In this document: piece by piece, positions 56,635 to 64,000 of the stretch | Position numbering within the stretch: the first letter of the stretch is position 1 | How the letters are laid out: each line of letters begins with the position of its first letter | Virus record (IMG/VR): IMGVR_UViG_3300033463_000062 | Span: 26,109 to 90,108 of that record | From: a virus | Lineage: Duplodnaviria; Heunggongvirae; Uroviricota; Caudoviricetes | DNA length: 64,000 bases | Direction: 5' to 3' (one strand) | Position numbers and translations under genes: made by a program | The notes under the pieces: model-generated | Told to the model about the DNA's origin: nothing | What the model saw: only the letters and a program-made list of their open reading frames with translations | The model's database searches: none

Positions 56635-57904
56635 TGGATTGTTCCTCCTTGTTTATTATTTTCACGAGCTCGCCCGGAGTGATGATTGAACCGTCGGGCA
56701 TTAAAATACACCTCTTATTGCTTCTCATACTCGTTATGAACTGCCTCATCGCCGCGCTGTCGTCAATGTTGATGTTTCTCGTTGCAGCGATTGCCTGTTC
56801 AATTCCCATGTCCCATTCTCCGGCGGCATTATAGTTGTTGAGCTCCGCCGCATTTGTTCCGAGGCATCCGAAGGCTATCAAGTGCGGATGCGAAATTGCG
56901 TTCATGTCGTCTTCAGCCGCGCCTTGTACCACTCTTACGACACCTTCTTTGGTTATCAAAAACCTCGAATACACTTTGATTTTTGCCTTTTTATTTACCA
57001 AGCAATACTTGAGAACTTTTCTCAATTCGGGGCTTGCGCTGCCGAGAATGGTGTTCGGATTGTCTATATAGCGTCCTATTTTGTCGCTATAGTTCTGGAT
57101 AGTTTCGCTTATCGTGAACGTGATGTCATCAGAACTGTATGTTGATATCCGCAACTGTTTATGTTGCTTGAAGAATTTAGCCAGATCTGAGCTATCTCCG
57201 TGAGAACCGAGAGATATCGCTCTGACGGCTTCCTGAAGAGACCGGAGGTTTTCATACTTGGCAGTCAATTGTGATGTCAATTCATAAATCTCGTCATTCA
57301 GATTGGCAATCTGACTCTCGAGATGATTGTATGTTGTCAAACTTGGGTCGATTTTGAATGCCGCAAATGCCTGATTCGCGACCTTTTCCTCAAGATTTCC
57401 GAGCTTTCTGTCAACCAGAGCATTCGTTATCTCGATGATTTTTCCCTCATCTTTTGCAATCAGGGCGTTGATGAACGCCTTGTCTTCTTCGTCGAGAGGG
57501 GTGGGGGAGAGCCACGGAACTAACTGCGGATACACGGTGATTAAGTCCATCGCAGCCTTGTTGTCGCGGTGGTTATAATGATCGCCCGTCATGAATATCT
57601 GTGTCTGTTGCTGATCATTGTTGCGGAGAACGACTACGTTATTCCCGCAGAATTTCCTAAGATATTGCTCTATAGGCGCACTTGCGGTATTCAGCCTCTC
57701 CCAGCCGTCGTAAACGCCAGTCGGCGCTTGCATATACCTGAATTGAATGTATCCGCTGTAATTGTCGGATACCAGCGATTTTGTTGGCTTGATGTCGTTT
57801 TTGATATATAAATACCTACCGACAATCGTATAAACATTGCTTAAACTCGAGCGTGCTGCATAGTCTCTATCAAGCAAATGACTTAAGATTTTTATGTCCA
57901 TCAA
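56621..57904 (-). CDS. hypothetical protein with possible C-terminal E2-like motif
   Basis: 427 aa; C-terminal SHPHLIAFGCLG resembles E2 HPN-x8-Cys active-site signature; first gene pair of operon with Ubl-like ORF. Confidence 0.4.
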   Translation of the reverse strand: MMDIKILSHLLDRDYAARSSLSNVYTIVGRYLYIKNDIKPTKSLVSDNYSGYIQFRYMQAPTGVYDGWERLNTASAPIEQYLRKFCGNNVVVLRNNDQQQTQIFMTGDHYNHRDNKAAMDLITVYPQLVPWLSPTPLDEEDKAFINALIAKDEGKIIEITNALVDRKLGNLEEKVANQAFAAFKIDPSLTTYNHLESQIANLNDEIYELTSQLTAKYENLRSLQEAVRAISLGSHGDSSDLAKFFKQHKQLRISTYSSDDITFTISETIQNYSDKIGRYIDNPNTILGSASPELRKVLKYCLVNKKAKIKVYSRFLITKEGVVRVVQGAAEDDMNAISHPHLIAFGCLGTNAAELNNYNAAGEWDMGIEQAIAATRNINIDDSAAMRQFITSMRSNKRCILMPDGSIITPGELVKIINKEEQSNAES

Positions 57905-57935
57905 CTCTCCTCCTTTCTGTTTTATTTATCTCGTC

Positions 57936-58172
57936 TCAGGCTCCGTCGCCCTTAACGACTGATGCGAGAACCACGTCCTCGTCTTCTTCTACGCCGAGTT
58001 CGGCGAATGTCTTGTCGAAATCTCCGTCATCGAGAACCACGCCGCAAAGCGTTACCTGATTTCTCGTGGACGGTGTGATACCGAAACCAGCGAATACGCT
58101 GCTCGGCGTTGAATTTATATCCTCAACGATCTGCTTACGGATATTGTTTGTTTTAAACGTGATCGAAATCAT
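57936..58172 (-). CDS. small beta-grasp/ubiquitin-like candidate protein
   Basis: 78 aa, MISITFKT... start and acidic region resembling ubiquitin-fold proteins; C-terminus KGDGA (no free GG). Confidence 0.3.
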   Translation of the reverse strand: MISITFKTNNIRKQIVEDINSTPSSVFAGFGITPSTRNQVTLCGVVLDDGDFDKTFAELGVEEDEDVVLASVVKGDGA

Positions 58173-58250
58173 TTTTCATTCTCCTTTTTTGTTTTTTAGA
58201 ATTGGGCTCCGTCGCATTCTGTCACGCGGCGGAGCCGCTTTGTGTTTCGC

Positions 58251-58676
58251 TTATAAAATGTTGATCGAGTTTATAAGCGTCGTTCTTGCCTCGCGAACTT
58301 CTGCGAGTTTCGCGGGGGCTGCCTGCTCGACCGCTGCGAGCTTTACGGGGATTTCCCCAAGTATGTCTGCAACGGTCTCTTTGAGAGCGTCTGCAGTCAT
58401 ACCCTCAGTTCCCTCGAGCGTTACGGAGAGGGTCGCGAAGCCGCCGTTTGAAGTTGCTCCGAAAGTTACACCCTTTTTCGTGAGATTGCCGTTGCCCGAA
58501 GAATAACCGACACCGAATGTCTGGTTGCCGTCAGCGTCGAATAACTTCAACGCGTCCGGATCGTACTTCTTCAGCATTTCAATCTCCTCTACCGTGAGGG
58601 AGCTTGTGACGACGAGAGCGTCACCGAGAACAGTAATGCGCATTCTTTTTTCCTCCTTAAATATATATTTAGGCAC
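58251..58676 (-). CDS. hypothetical protein
   Basis: 141 aa, possible start at MRITVLG. Confidence 0.4.
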   Translation of the reverse strand: MPKYIFKEEKRMRITVLGDALVVTSSLTVEEIEMLKKYDPDALKLFDADGNQTFGVGYSSGNGNLTKKGVTFGATSNGGFATLSVTLEGTEGMTADALKETVADILGEIPVKLAAVEQAAPAKLAEVREARTTLINSINIL

Positions 58677-59087
58677 TTAACCTACTCTTATTAGTCCACC
58701 AAAGGACGGTTTTATTGCGATGCTTCCGAACTCCGAAAACGTCGGCTCCGTGCAATTATACACGTAAGACATGGCGTAGCCGTCCGAAATATCATCGTTA
58801 TCGAGCCTCCATTCTTCTTCATCTCCACTTACGTAGAGAATTGAGTAAAGCTCACCGAATTCTGTGTTATTGTGGATTGCGTGATAGGGCAACAAATCGG
58901 GATAGCTTTTCTTGAACTCGTCGAGAATTTTCGTGAGTTTTTCGTCTGCCCAATACAAGGCGCCTATCCATTCTGAGAAATTGATTTTGCCTTCTTTGTC
59001 GAATTCTTTGATTGCGTTCTTGTGAAGCTTAAGCTTCCTCATACGGCTTATCGCTTCAGCCTTTTGGCGTTCCTGAAACGTGGTCAT
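58677..59087 (-). CDS. hypothetical protein
   Basis: 136 aa. Confidence 0.4.
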   Translation of the reverse strand: MTTFQERQKAEAISRMRKLKLHKNAIKEFDKEGKINFSEWIGALYWADEKLTKILDEFKKSYPDLLPYHAIHNNTEFGELYSILYVSGDEEEWRLDNDDISDGYAMSYVYNCTEPTFSEFGSIAIKPSFGGLIRVG

Positions 59088-59232
59088 TTTTGTTCTCCTT
59101 TTTTATAAAATTTTGAAACACCTTTCTGAAACGAGTGCGCGTTGCCGAGAGGTCAAAGCAAGAGGCTGTTTCTGTCTCCGTAGTGTTTCGTGAGAGCTCG
59201 TACTCAACGTGGTAGCCCCGGGTGACTACATG

Positions 59233-59318
59233 TTGGCAGGAGTTGCAGGATTTGAACCTGCGAATCTTCGGACAAAGCCGGAGTGTTTCCGAATGTGTTA
59301 ACCGCTTCACCAAACTCC
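59233..59318 (-). tRNA. tRNA-like element 1 (86 nt, perfect acceptor and T-arm, encoded CCA, non-canonical anticodon region)
   Basis: minus strand AGGAGTT/AACTCCT 7-bp acceptor, D-arm GTG-AAGCGGTTAA-CAC, T-arm GCAGG-TTCAAAT-CCTGC, then G-CCA; central region forms CGGA-AACAC-TCCG hairpin rather than a 7-nt anticodon loop. Confidence 0.4.
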
Positions 59319-59493
59319 TATATGGCGGGCTTAAGGTCACCCGAATCCGCACATCCGATTATGCACAATGTGATAACGGTGCACCTCCACATCGTGCGCT
59401 GACCCAATCGGCGTGACGTCAGTTTGTACTGTCCTCTGAATAGCTAATTCAGAAACTGCATACACTTTTCGTCAGTTTTGCTCGTAACGGCAC

Positions 59494-59566
59494 TGGTGCA
59501 CCCTACAGGACTCGAACCTGTCACTTCTGACTAATCACAGCACTCTCCCAACTGAGTTAAGGATGC
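59494..59566 (-). tRNA. tRNA-like element 2 (73 nt with CCA)
   Basis: acceptor GCATCCT/AGGGTGC, D-arm ACTC-AGTTGGGA-GAGT, T-arm ACAGG-TTCGAGT-CCTGT, A-CCA; anticodon arm 3 nt short of canonical by eye. Confidence 0.4.
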
Positions 59567-59752
59567 ATAGGAAGCGAGCGACAAGGGCGTCCCCCTGCCG
59601 CCGCCCGACTTTATTAGACAATTGCGGTGTTCGCCCCGCTACTTCTTAAGCAGATTGTCGACTACTTGGCACGAACTTCTTAAGGTGAGTTTGTGTCCTA
59701 TCATACCTATTTACAAACCTCGCGTTTTGCGCTGCGGTGCGTGTTGCCGCGT

Positions 59753-59815
59753 TGCTCCTCAGGGGTTGAACCTGTCACCTGAATCAAGTCAGTGCTCTCC
59801 GCGAGCTCAGGAGCC
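59753..59815 (-). tRNA. tRNA-like element 3 (shortened, related to element 2)
   Basis: acceptor GGCTCCT/AGGAGCA, D-arm GCTC-GCGGA-GAGC, CAGG-TTCAACC-CCTG T-arm; shares GTGACAGGTTC block with element 2. Confidence 0.3.
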
Positions 59816-59940
59816 ATATCTAACCGGCTTTAACGGGAGGGTTGAATGCCTGCTTGAATTTCACAGTATGAAGGAGAACGCTCCGGCTGTCACGGAAGAG
59901 CCGCCAACTCTGCGTGAATTTCACATGTGGTATGGTATGG

Positions 59941-60510
59941 TTAATGCTGCTTAAACACCACCGCTTCTCCTATGCGGAGGTTCCAGCAATTCTGTAAGCC
60001 TGATACACATTCGCCGCAGTATCCGCTGCAGCGGAGGGCTTTCGACGGGATTTTTGCGCTCCCGTCGCGGAGTTCAACGTAACTCATCGGCAGGCGATAC
60101 GGATTTAGCGGTATCCATTCGCCCCACGCCGACAAGACGATTGTCAAATTTCTTGGGAGTTCTTTATGCTCGTCAATGTATTCGTTGACGAGTTCGTACT
60201 TTTTTGTAAACACCAAGAACTTTACTTCGCGATGCTTGATTGCGAGCTCGACCATTTTCTCGAGATAATACTCATCGACAATATCGCCGCTCGAGTGATA
60301 ACGGAAGTATCTCACGGGGTTGAGATGCAACCACGCTTCGATATCGGCAAAATATCCATCAGGATCCTCAAGATATCGCTCAAGATTCTGGTGATATTTC
60401 GCTCGCGTTTTCGGGAACGCCATTCTTCCTTTGCGAGCGTAACACCCTATGTGGCAGGGCGCGTCCGTTCTGCAAGTCTCTCCGACAGGCAGATTCACGC
60501 TCGGTATCAT
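59941..60510 (-). CDS. Cys-rich hypothetical protein
   Basis: ORF 59941..60636, contains C-x5-C-x3-C and C-x2-C-x2-C clusters. Confidence 0.4.
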   Translation of the reverse strand: MIPSVNLPVGETCRTDAPCHIGCYARKGRMAFPKTRAKYHQNLERYLEDPDGYFADIEAWLHLNPVRYFRYHSSGDIVDEYYLEKMVELAIKHREVKFLVFTKKYELVNEYIDEHKELPRNLTIVLSAWGEWIPLNPYRLPMSYVELRDGSAKIPSKALRCSGYCGECVSGLQNCWNLRIGEAVVFKQH

Positions 60511-60692
60511 TGCGCCGAGCTTGCTGACGTCTGTCGAAATATACGCTCTTTTATCTCTGACTTGTACCGTGAAATCGCCTCCTTTTTTGTGTAATAGTAA
60601 TACTGTTTTATTCCAAGCACGCCGTACACCACCCACGCTCCGTGGATGTTTTGTTCGACGAGCCAGATGTCGTTGTCCGTTATCTTTCTCAT
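60507..60692 (-). CDS. hypothetical small protein
   Basis: ORF 60507..60740 trimmed to MRKITDND. Confidence 0.35.
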   Translation of the reverse strand: MRKITDNDIWLVEQNIHGAWVVYGVLGIKQYYYYTKKEAISRYKSEIKERIFRQTSASSAQ

Positions 60693-61030
60693 GACGTCAA
60701 CCTCATTGCCGTTTCGACTATGTCTTCGACCGGCAACCATTGGTTACGACCGCCGGTGTAGTCTCTGTTTGATTTTGCCGTGCGCATCATTACCGCATTT
60801 CTCGGGTTGCCGAATAAGCCGTTGCCCTCGCCGTAATCGAAGAACGGTTCGGTCGTTATGTAGCAGTATTTGCCCGTTTCGGGGTTGAGTATGAAACCCG
60901 AACAACCTCTTGTCTGTCCGTTTATATTTATGTTCTTTATTTCAGGTTCGAGGATCGTGTTCCGCAGCATATTGCGGATGTGAATTGAGCCGATGTAATT
61001 ATTAAACTTAAGACCGGCGCTTGTTTTCAT
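60689..61030 (-). CDS. hypothetical protein
   Basis: 113 aa. Confidence 0.4.
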   Translation of the reverse strand: MKTSAGLKFNNYIGSIHIRNMLRNTILEPEIKNININGQTRGCSGFILNPETGKYCYITTEPFFDYGEGNGLFGNPRNAVMMRTAKSNRDYTGGRNQWLPVEDIVETAMRLTS

Positions 61031-61413
61031 TTCTTGCCTCCAATCTGCTTGAGTATCGTTGTTTTCTTGTGCTGCAATTCGATGAGTTCGTTTTCAAGCC
61101 GAGCCATTTTGTCGTCTATATCGACAAAATTGTCGACCAGCGTGTCATACATCCACAGTCCTTCGTGGGAAATGTTGTCGGAATAAACTCCGACATAGTT
61201 GCTCAAAAAGTCGCGGGTTTCTTCGACGTCTTTTTCGTTTTCAATGTAAACATAGTAGACATCTTCGCAATCCTTGAACTCTTTTATTCGTTTTAAACCG
61301 TTGTCGAAAAACGTGTGCTTGCCATTGTCAAGATTGCGCTCTTGCTCGTAAGCAAAACAATCGTCTTCATCGTCGAATTCTGTGCCGTCATCTGCTATAT
61401 AAACCGTTCTCAT
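61027..61413 (-). CDS. hypothetical acidic protein
   Basis: 128 aa. Confidence 0.4.
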   Translation of the reverse strand: MRTVYIADDGTEFDDEDDCFAYEQERNLDNGKHTFFDNGLKRIKEFKDCEDVYYVYIENEKDVEETRDFLSNYVGVYSDNISHEGLWMYDTLVDNFVDIDDKMARLENELIELQHKKTTILKQIGGKK

Positions 61414-61539
61414 TTTTCTCTCCTTTGACCTTCTTGCCGTCGCACAAACCTCTCACATAAAAGGTGCATTTTCTGCACTGTTCCTGCGGTGTTTTCTGAC
61501 AAAAATTCATCACTTTGAATAAGTCAGATATGTTCATGT

Positions 61540-62328
61540 TTAAAGATTGCATATCGCCCTCACCGCCTTGTTTATATCGCTCGGAACGCCGGGCAAGCAA
61601 TTTGTTTTTTCGTACCCATAACCGGAAGGTTCTTTGACGTAAAACTCTCCGTCAACAACTCTGAAATAATACGACTTTCGGCAATTTCTGATGTAGAAGT
61701 TTTCTACGCCGATTTTCTTTCCGTCCACATACTTGCAGTTCGCGTCGAGCCTATAAGACCCAAGTTTTCCGATGTATCTTCCGTTCAAGCACCCTTGCTC
61801 GAATACAAATCCGCGGATAACGAGTCTGTCGAAATCGGTTATATCGTCAAAACCGTTCGGGTATTTCAGGAAAAATGTGTTATCCGACGTGAACCAGAAT
61901 ATCCCTGCTCTGCGGCACTCTTTGTAAGTGCAGTCGGTTCGATTGGCTTGAGCAGCGTCGTTGTACGTACATCTCGGCTTATAAGTTTCAACTATTGTCT
62001 TTGTAGTTGTCACGATTTTCTCGCCTTTTTCGTTTGTGGAGTCTGTCTTCTTTTGGTCGACTTTTCTGTCCAACAATCTGTCTCTGTAGTACCAGCACCC
62101 TACGCAACTCTTTGCTTCCTGTTCAGCGAAATGTTTTTCTTCTTCGCCGCGCTTAACCATCGCTCCGCAGTATTCGCATCTGCCCATACCGACGCGGGCA
62201 TCGTTCCTGATTGCTTTAATATCGCGGTCAAATATCCTGCGACCGTCGACTGTGTTGTACTGGTTGTCAAACAGATAATTGGTTTCGATTTCTATCCACT
62301 TATTTGTGGACTTTTCGAGGGCTTCCAT
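61540..62328 (-). CDS. Cys-rich hypothetical protein
   Basis: 262 aa. Confidence 0.45.
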   Translation of the reverse strand: MEALEKSTNKWIEIETNYLFDNQYNTVDGRRIFDRDIKAIRNDARVGMGRCEYCGAMVKRGEEEKHFAEQEAKSCVGCWYYRDRLLDRKVDQKKTDSTNEKGEKIVTTTKTIVETYKPRCTYNDAAQANRTDCTYKECRRAGIFWFTSDNTFFLKYPNGFDDITDFDRLVIRGFVFEQGCLNGRYIGKLGSYRLDANCKYVDGKKIGVENFYIRNCRKSYYFRVVDGEFYVKEPSGYGYEKTNCLPGVPSDINKAVRAICNL

Positions 62329-62329
62329 A

Positions 62330-62557
62330 TCAACACCCCCAAAACTTTATTATCTGTTCGGTTATCTTTGCGGCTCCGAGGCTGAGCACGGCGCCTATGC
62401 AGTAGGCAATTACTGTTCGGGTATAATATCCGAACATTGAGTCAGAACTTGATTCAATTTTACCTACAGAACCTACGATGGCAATTATGCAAAGAATGCA
62501 TATTGCAATCATCAAAATTCTTGCGATTTTTAATAATACGGTTGCTGTTTTCCCCAT
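62330..62557 (-). CDS. small membrane protein
   Basis: 75 aa, two TM helices. Confidence 0.4.
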   Translation of the reverse strand: MGKTATVLLKIARILMIAICILCIIAIVGSVGKIESSSDSMFGYYTRTVIAYCIGAVLSLGAAKITEQIIKFWGC

Positions 62558-62664
62558 ACCACTTTTCTCCTTTTTGGCGATTAGATTTTAGAACAGATGT
62601 TCGTTTTTGTCAATTGACATATCGAACAAATGTTCGTGTAAAATTTCTACGGTTTGCACAAATT

Positions 62665-63255
62665 TTAGGCGAGTGCCGCCTGAAGCGATGTCTTGAGCTG
62701 CAGAGAACTGAGCATATCCACGAAAGTTTTACTACGCTCAACGAACTCTTCTGTTGTCAGGTCTGAATTCAGATATAATTTTGAAATTGCCATTGAAGTT
62801 TCGACATCGTTTCCGACATACAATGGAACTGATCCGTTCTCGTACATCGAGTCTGATTCAAGCGTTAGATATGCCTCCGATACGCCGGTAAAATCGCTAA
62901 GAGTTTTTATAAATCTCGGCGAACAGAAGTGCGTTCCAGCTTCGATGTTGGCTACATAGCTTGAAGCATAACCCATAGAGACGCTTAATGTCTGCTGAGT
63001 AAGACCTAAGAATTCCCTCACCTTTTTAACTCTGAGCCCTCTTTCGAGACCGTTTTCAACTCTTTGCGTCAAAACTCTTCTTCTTTCTTCGACAGACAAA
63101 TTCTTGAGAGCTCTAAGGTCAACGTCGCCAGACGCTCTTTTTGCCTTTTCTGCTCCGTCAGGTTCGTCAATGATTGCGTATACCTTGTACGTTTCATTGT
63201 CTTTTTCGATCTGGACTTTGCGATTGTCCTTCGAAAACTGGTTTAAAATTGCCAT
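62665..63255 (-). CDS. XRE-type HTH transcriptional regulator
   Basis: ORF trimmed to MAILNQ preceded by AAGGAGGAG; HTH block VREFLGLTQQTLSVSMGYASSYVANIEAG. Confidence 0.55.
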   Translation of the reverse strand: MAILNQFSKDNRKVQIEKDNETYKVYAIIDEPDGAEKAKRASGDVDLRALKNLSVEERRRVLTQRVENGLERGLRVKKVREFLGLTQQTLSVSMGYASSYVANIEAGTHFCSPRFIKTLSDFTGVSEAYLTLESDSMYENGSVPLYVGNDVETSMAISKLYLNSDLTTEEFVERSKTFVDMLSSLQLKTSLQAALA

Positions 63256-63282
63256 TGATTTTCTCCTCCTTAATCTTGGCAT

Positions 63283-63310
63283 TAAAAAAAGAACCCGTTT
63301 GGGTTCTGGC
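63283..63310 (-). terminator. rho-independent terminator (minus strand)
   Basis: minus-strand GAACCCAAACGGGTTC hairpin followed by TTTTTTT. Confidence 0.6.
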
Positions 63311-63435
63311 GGTTTATTTAAAACTCGGCTTTTATTGCGTACCGAGTACGATGGCTCGCGTGCAGCTTAGCTGCCGGACGGATTAGAGCCGGGGCTGGCT
63401 CATTGACCCTACGCCCGCCAAACGCTTATATATTA

Positions 63436-63472
63436 GCCGTGACGGAGATTCGAACTCCGATATCACTTTGGC
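63436..63472 (-). other. tRNA 3'-fragment-like sequence (T-arm CGGAG-TTCGAAT-CTCCG plus acceptor 3' strand); possible att core remnant
   Basis: perfect T-arm with canonical TTCGAAT loop but no matching 5' acceptor/D/anticodon arms nearby. Confidence 0.35.
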
Positions 63473-63738
63473 GTAATTTTCATATTAGGTGGTCAAACAC
63501 GATTTACCATATCATATTTGACTAATTACGGTTTCAGCGTTTTTAATGTTTTCACCGGTTCGGTGAAAGTGAAACTTGCTTTATTTAATCTTGCAAAAAG
63601 TTTAAGCAAGTTTTAAGTAAAGATTTGTGAATAATTATGCAGGATTTATGCATAACGAATTTCCTCAAGGATTTCCTCGAGTTCTTGTGAGTCAAGTGCC
63701 TCGCCCCGTTCGGGTATAATTTGCTGTTCCATATCTGA

Positions 63739-63993
63739 TTATGCACCTGATTTCTTGGGGAGTTTTCTACCGTTTCTGAAAAACGAATTCAGCTCCATTG
63801 CCAAATCGTATGCTTCTTCTTCGGTGAGTGTTATGCCTTTGAGCGGTACTCCTGCATCCCAACGCCTTATATCAAAGCGCGGGTCTAAATCGTCGCCCCA
63901 TTGGACTATGTTTAGTTCTTTGGTTATCGGAGCATTTTTGTTGCCGAGCGTTGCGAGCTTCTCTATAATTTCAAAATCTGCGTCGTAGTACAT
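63739..63993 (-). CDS. hypothetical protein
   Basis: 84-aa ORF at window edge. Confidence 0.4.
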   Translation of the reverse strand: MYYDADFEIIEKLATLGNKNAPITKELNIVQWGDDLDPRFDIRRWDAGVPLKGITLTEEEAYDLAMELNSFFRNGRKLPKKSGA

Positions 63994-64000
63994 ATCGCAC

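Noticed and set aside
1-64000. CRISPR arrays, IS elements or transposases
   Set aside because: No regularly spaced short direct repeats and no transposase-like ORFs were seen; the only recombinase is the tyrosine recombinase at 51599..52585.

Overview
The window reads as a tailed-phage or prophage genome segment, siphovirus-like, with strong GGAGG-type ribosome-binding sites and roughly 45% GC, which suggests a Firmicutes-type host. Positions 1–18078 on the + strand carry a tail morphogenesis and lysis module: a possible tail chaperone pair, a 1496-aa tape measure protein, a Dit-like protein, and a 1259-aa Tal/tail-fibre protein with a C-terminal S74-like self-cleaving chaperone domain. Several small tail-fibre proteins and an M23 peptidase with holin-like ORFs complete the module. 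Embedded in the tail-fibre region is a complete diversity-generating retroelement. Its parts, in order, are a target gene with a C-terminal variable repeat (VR), a GC hairpin, an accessory variability determinant (Avd)-like ORF, an adenine-rich template repeat (TR) and a reverse transcriptase (RT). Seventeen of the 19 TR/VR mismatches sit at TR adenines. A bidirectional terminator at about 18044–18078 separates this module from about 45 kb of tightly packed minus-strand early and replication genes. These include RtcB, a DnaE carrying a 143-aa mini-intein at the FNK/SHS site, a Cas4-like nuclease, primase, DnaB, SSB, a Sak/Rad52-like annealing protein, dUTPase, and a PurA (adenylosuccinate synthetase)-family gene that is a PurZ candidate for a Z-genome. 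Further along are a vWA protein, many Zn-ribbon small proteins, a lytic transglycosylase, an SPFH protein, a diverged ThyX-like gene, a nicotinamidase-like gene, a Thg1-like protein, a tyrosine recombinase, a second non-DGR RT next to a stand-alone RNase HI, an E1-like/JAB/putative-E2/Ubl-like ubiquitin-type operon, and a cluster of tRNA-like elements. The most unexplained signal is a family of six roughly 65-nt elements placed immediately after the stop codons of six minus-strand genes, including the recombinase, the second RT and RNase H. Each has two small hairpins whose stems co-vary between copies, which points to a structured RNA or ssDNA element of unknown function.
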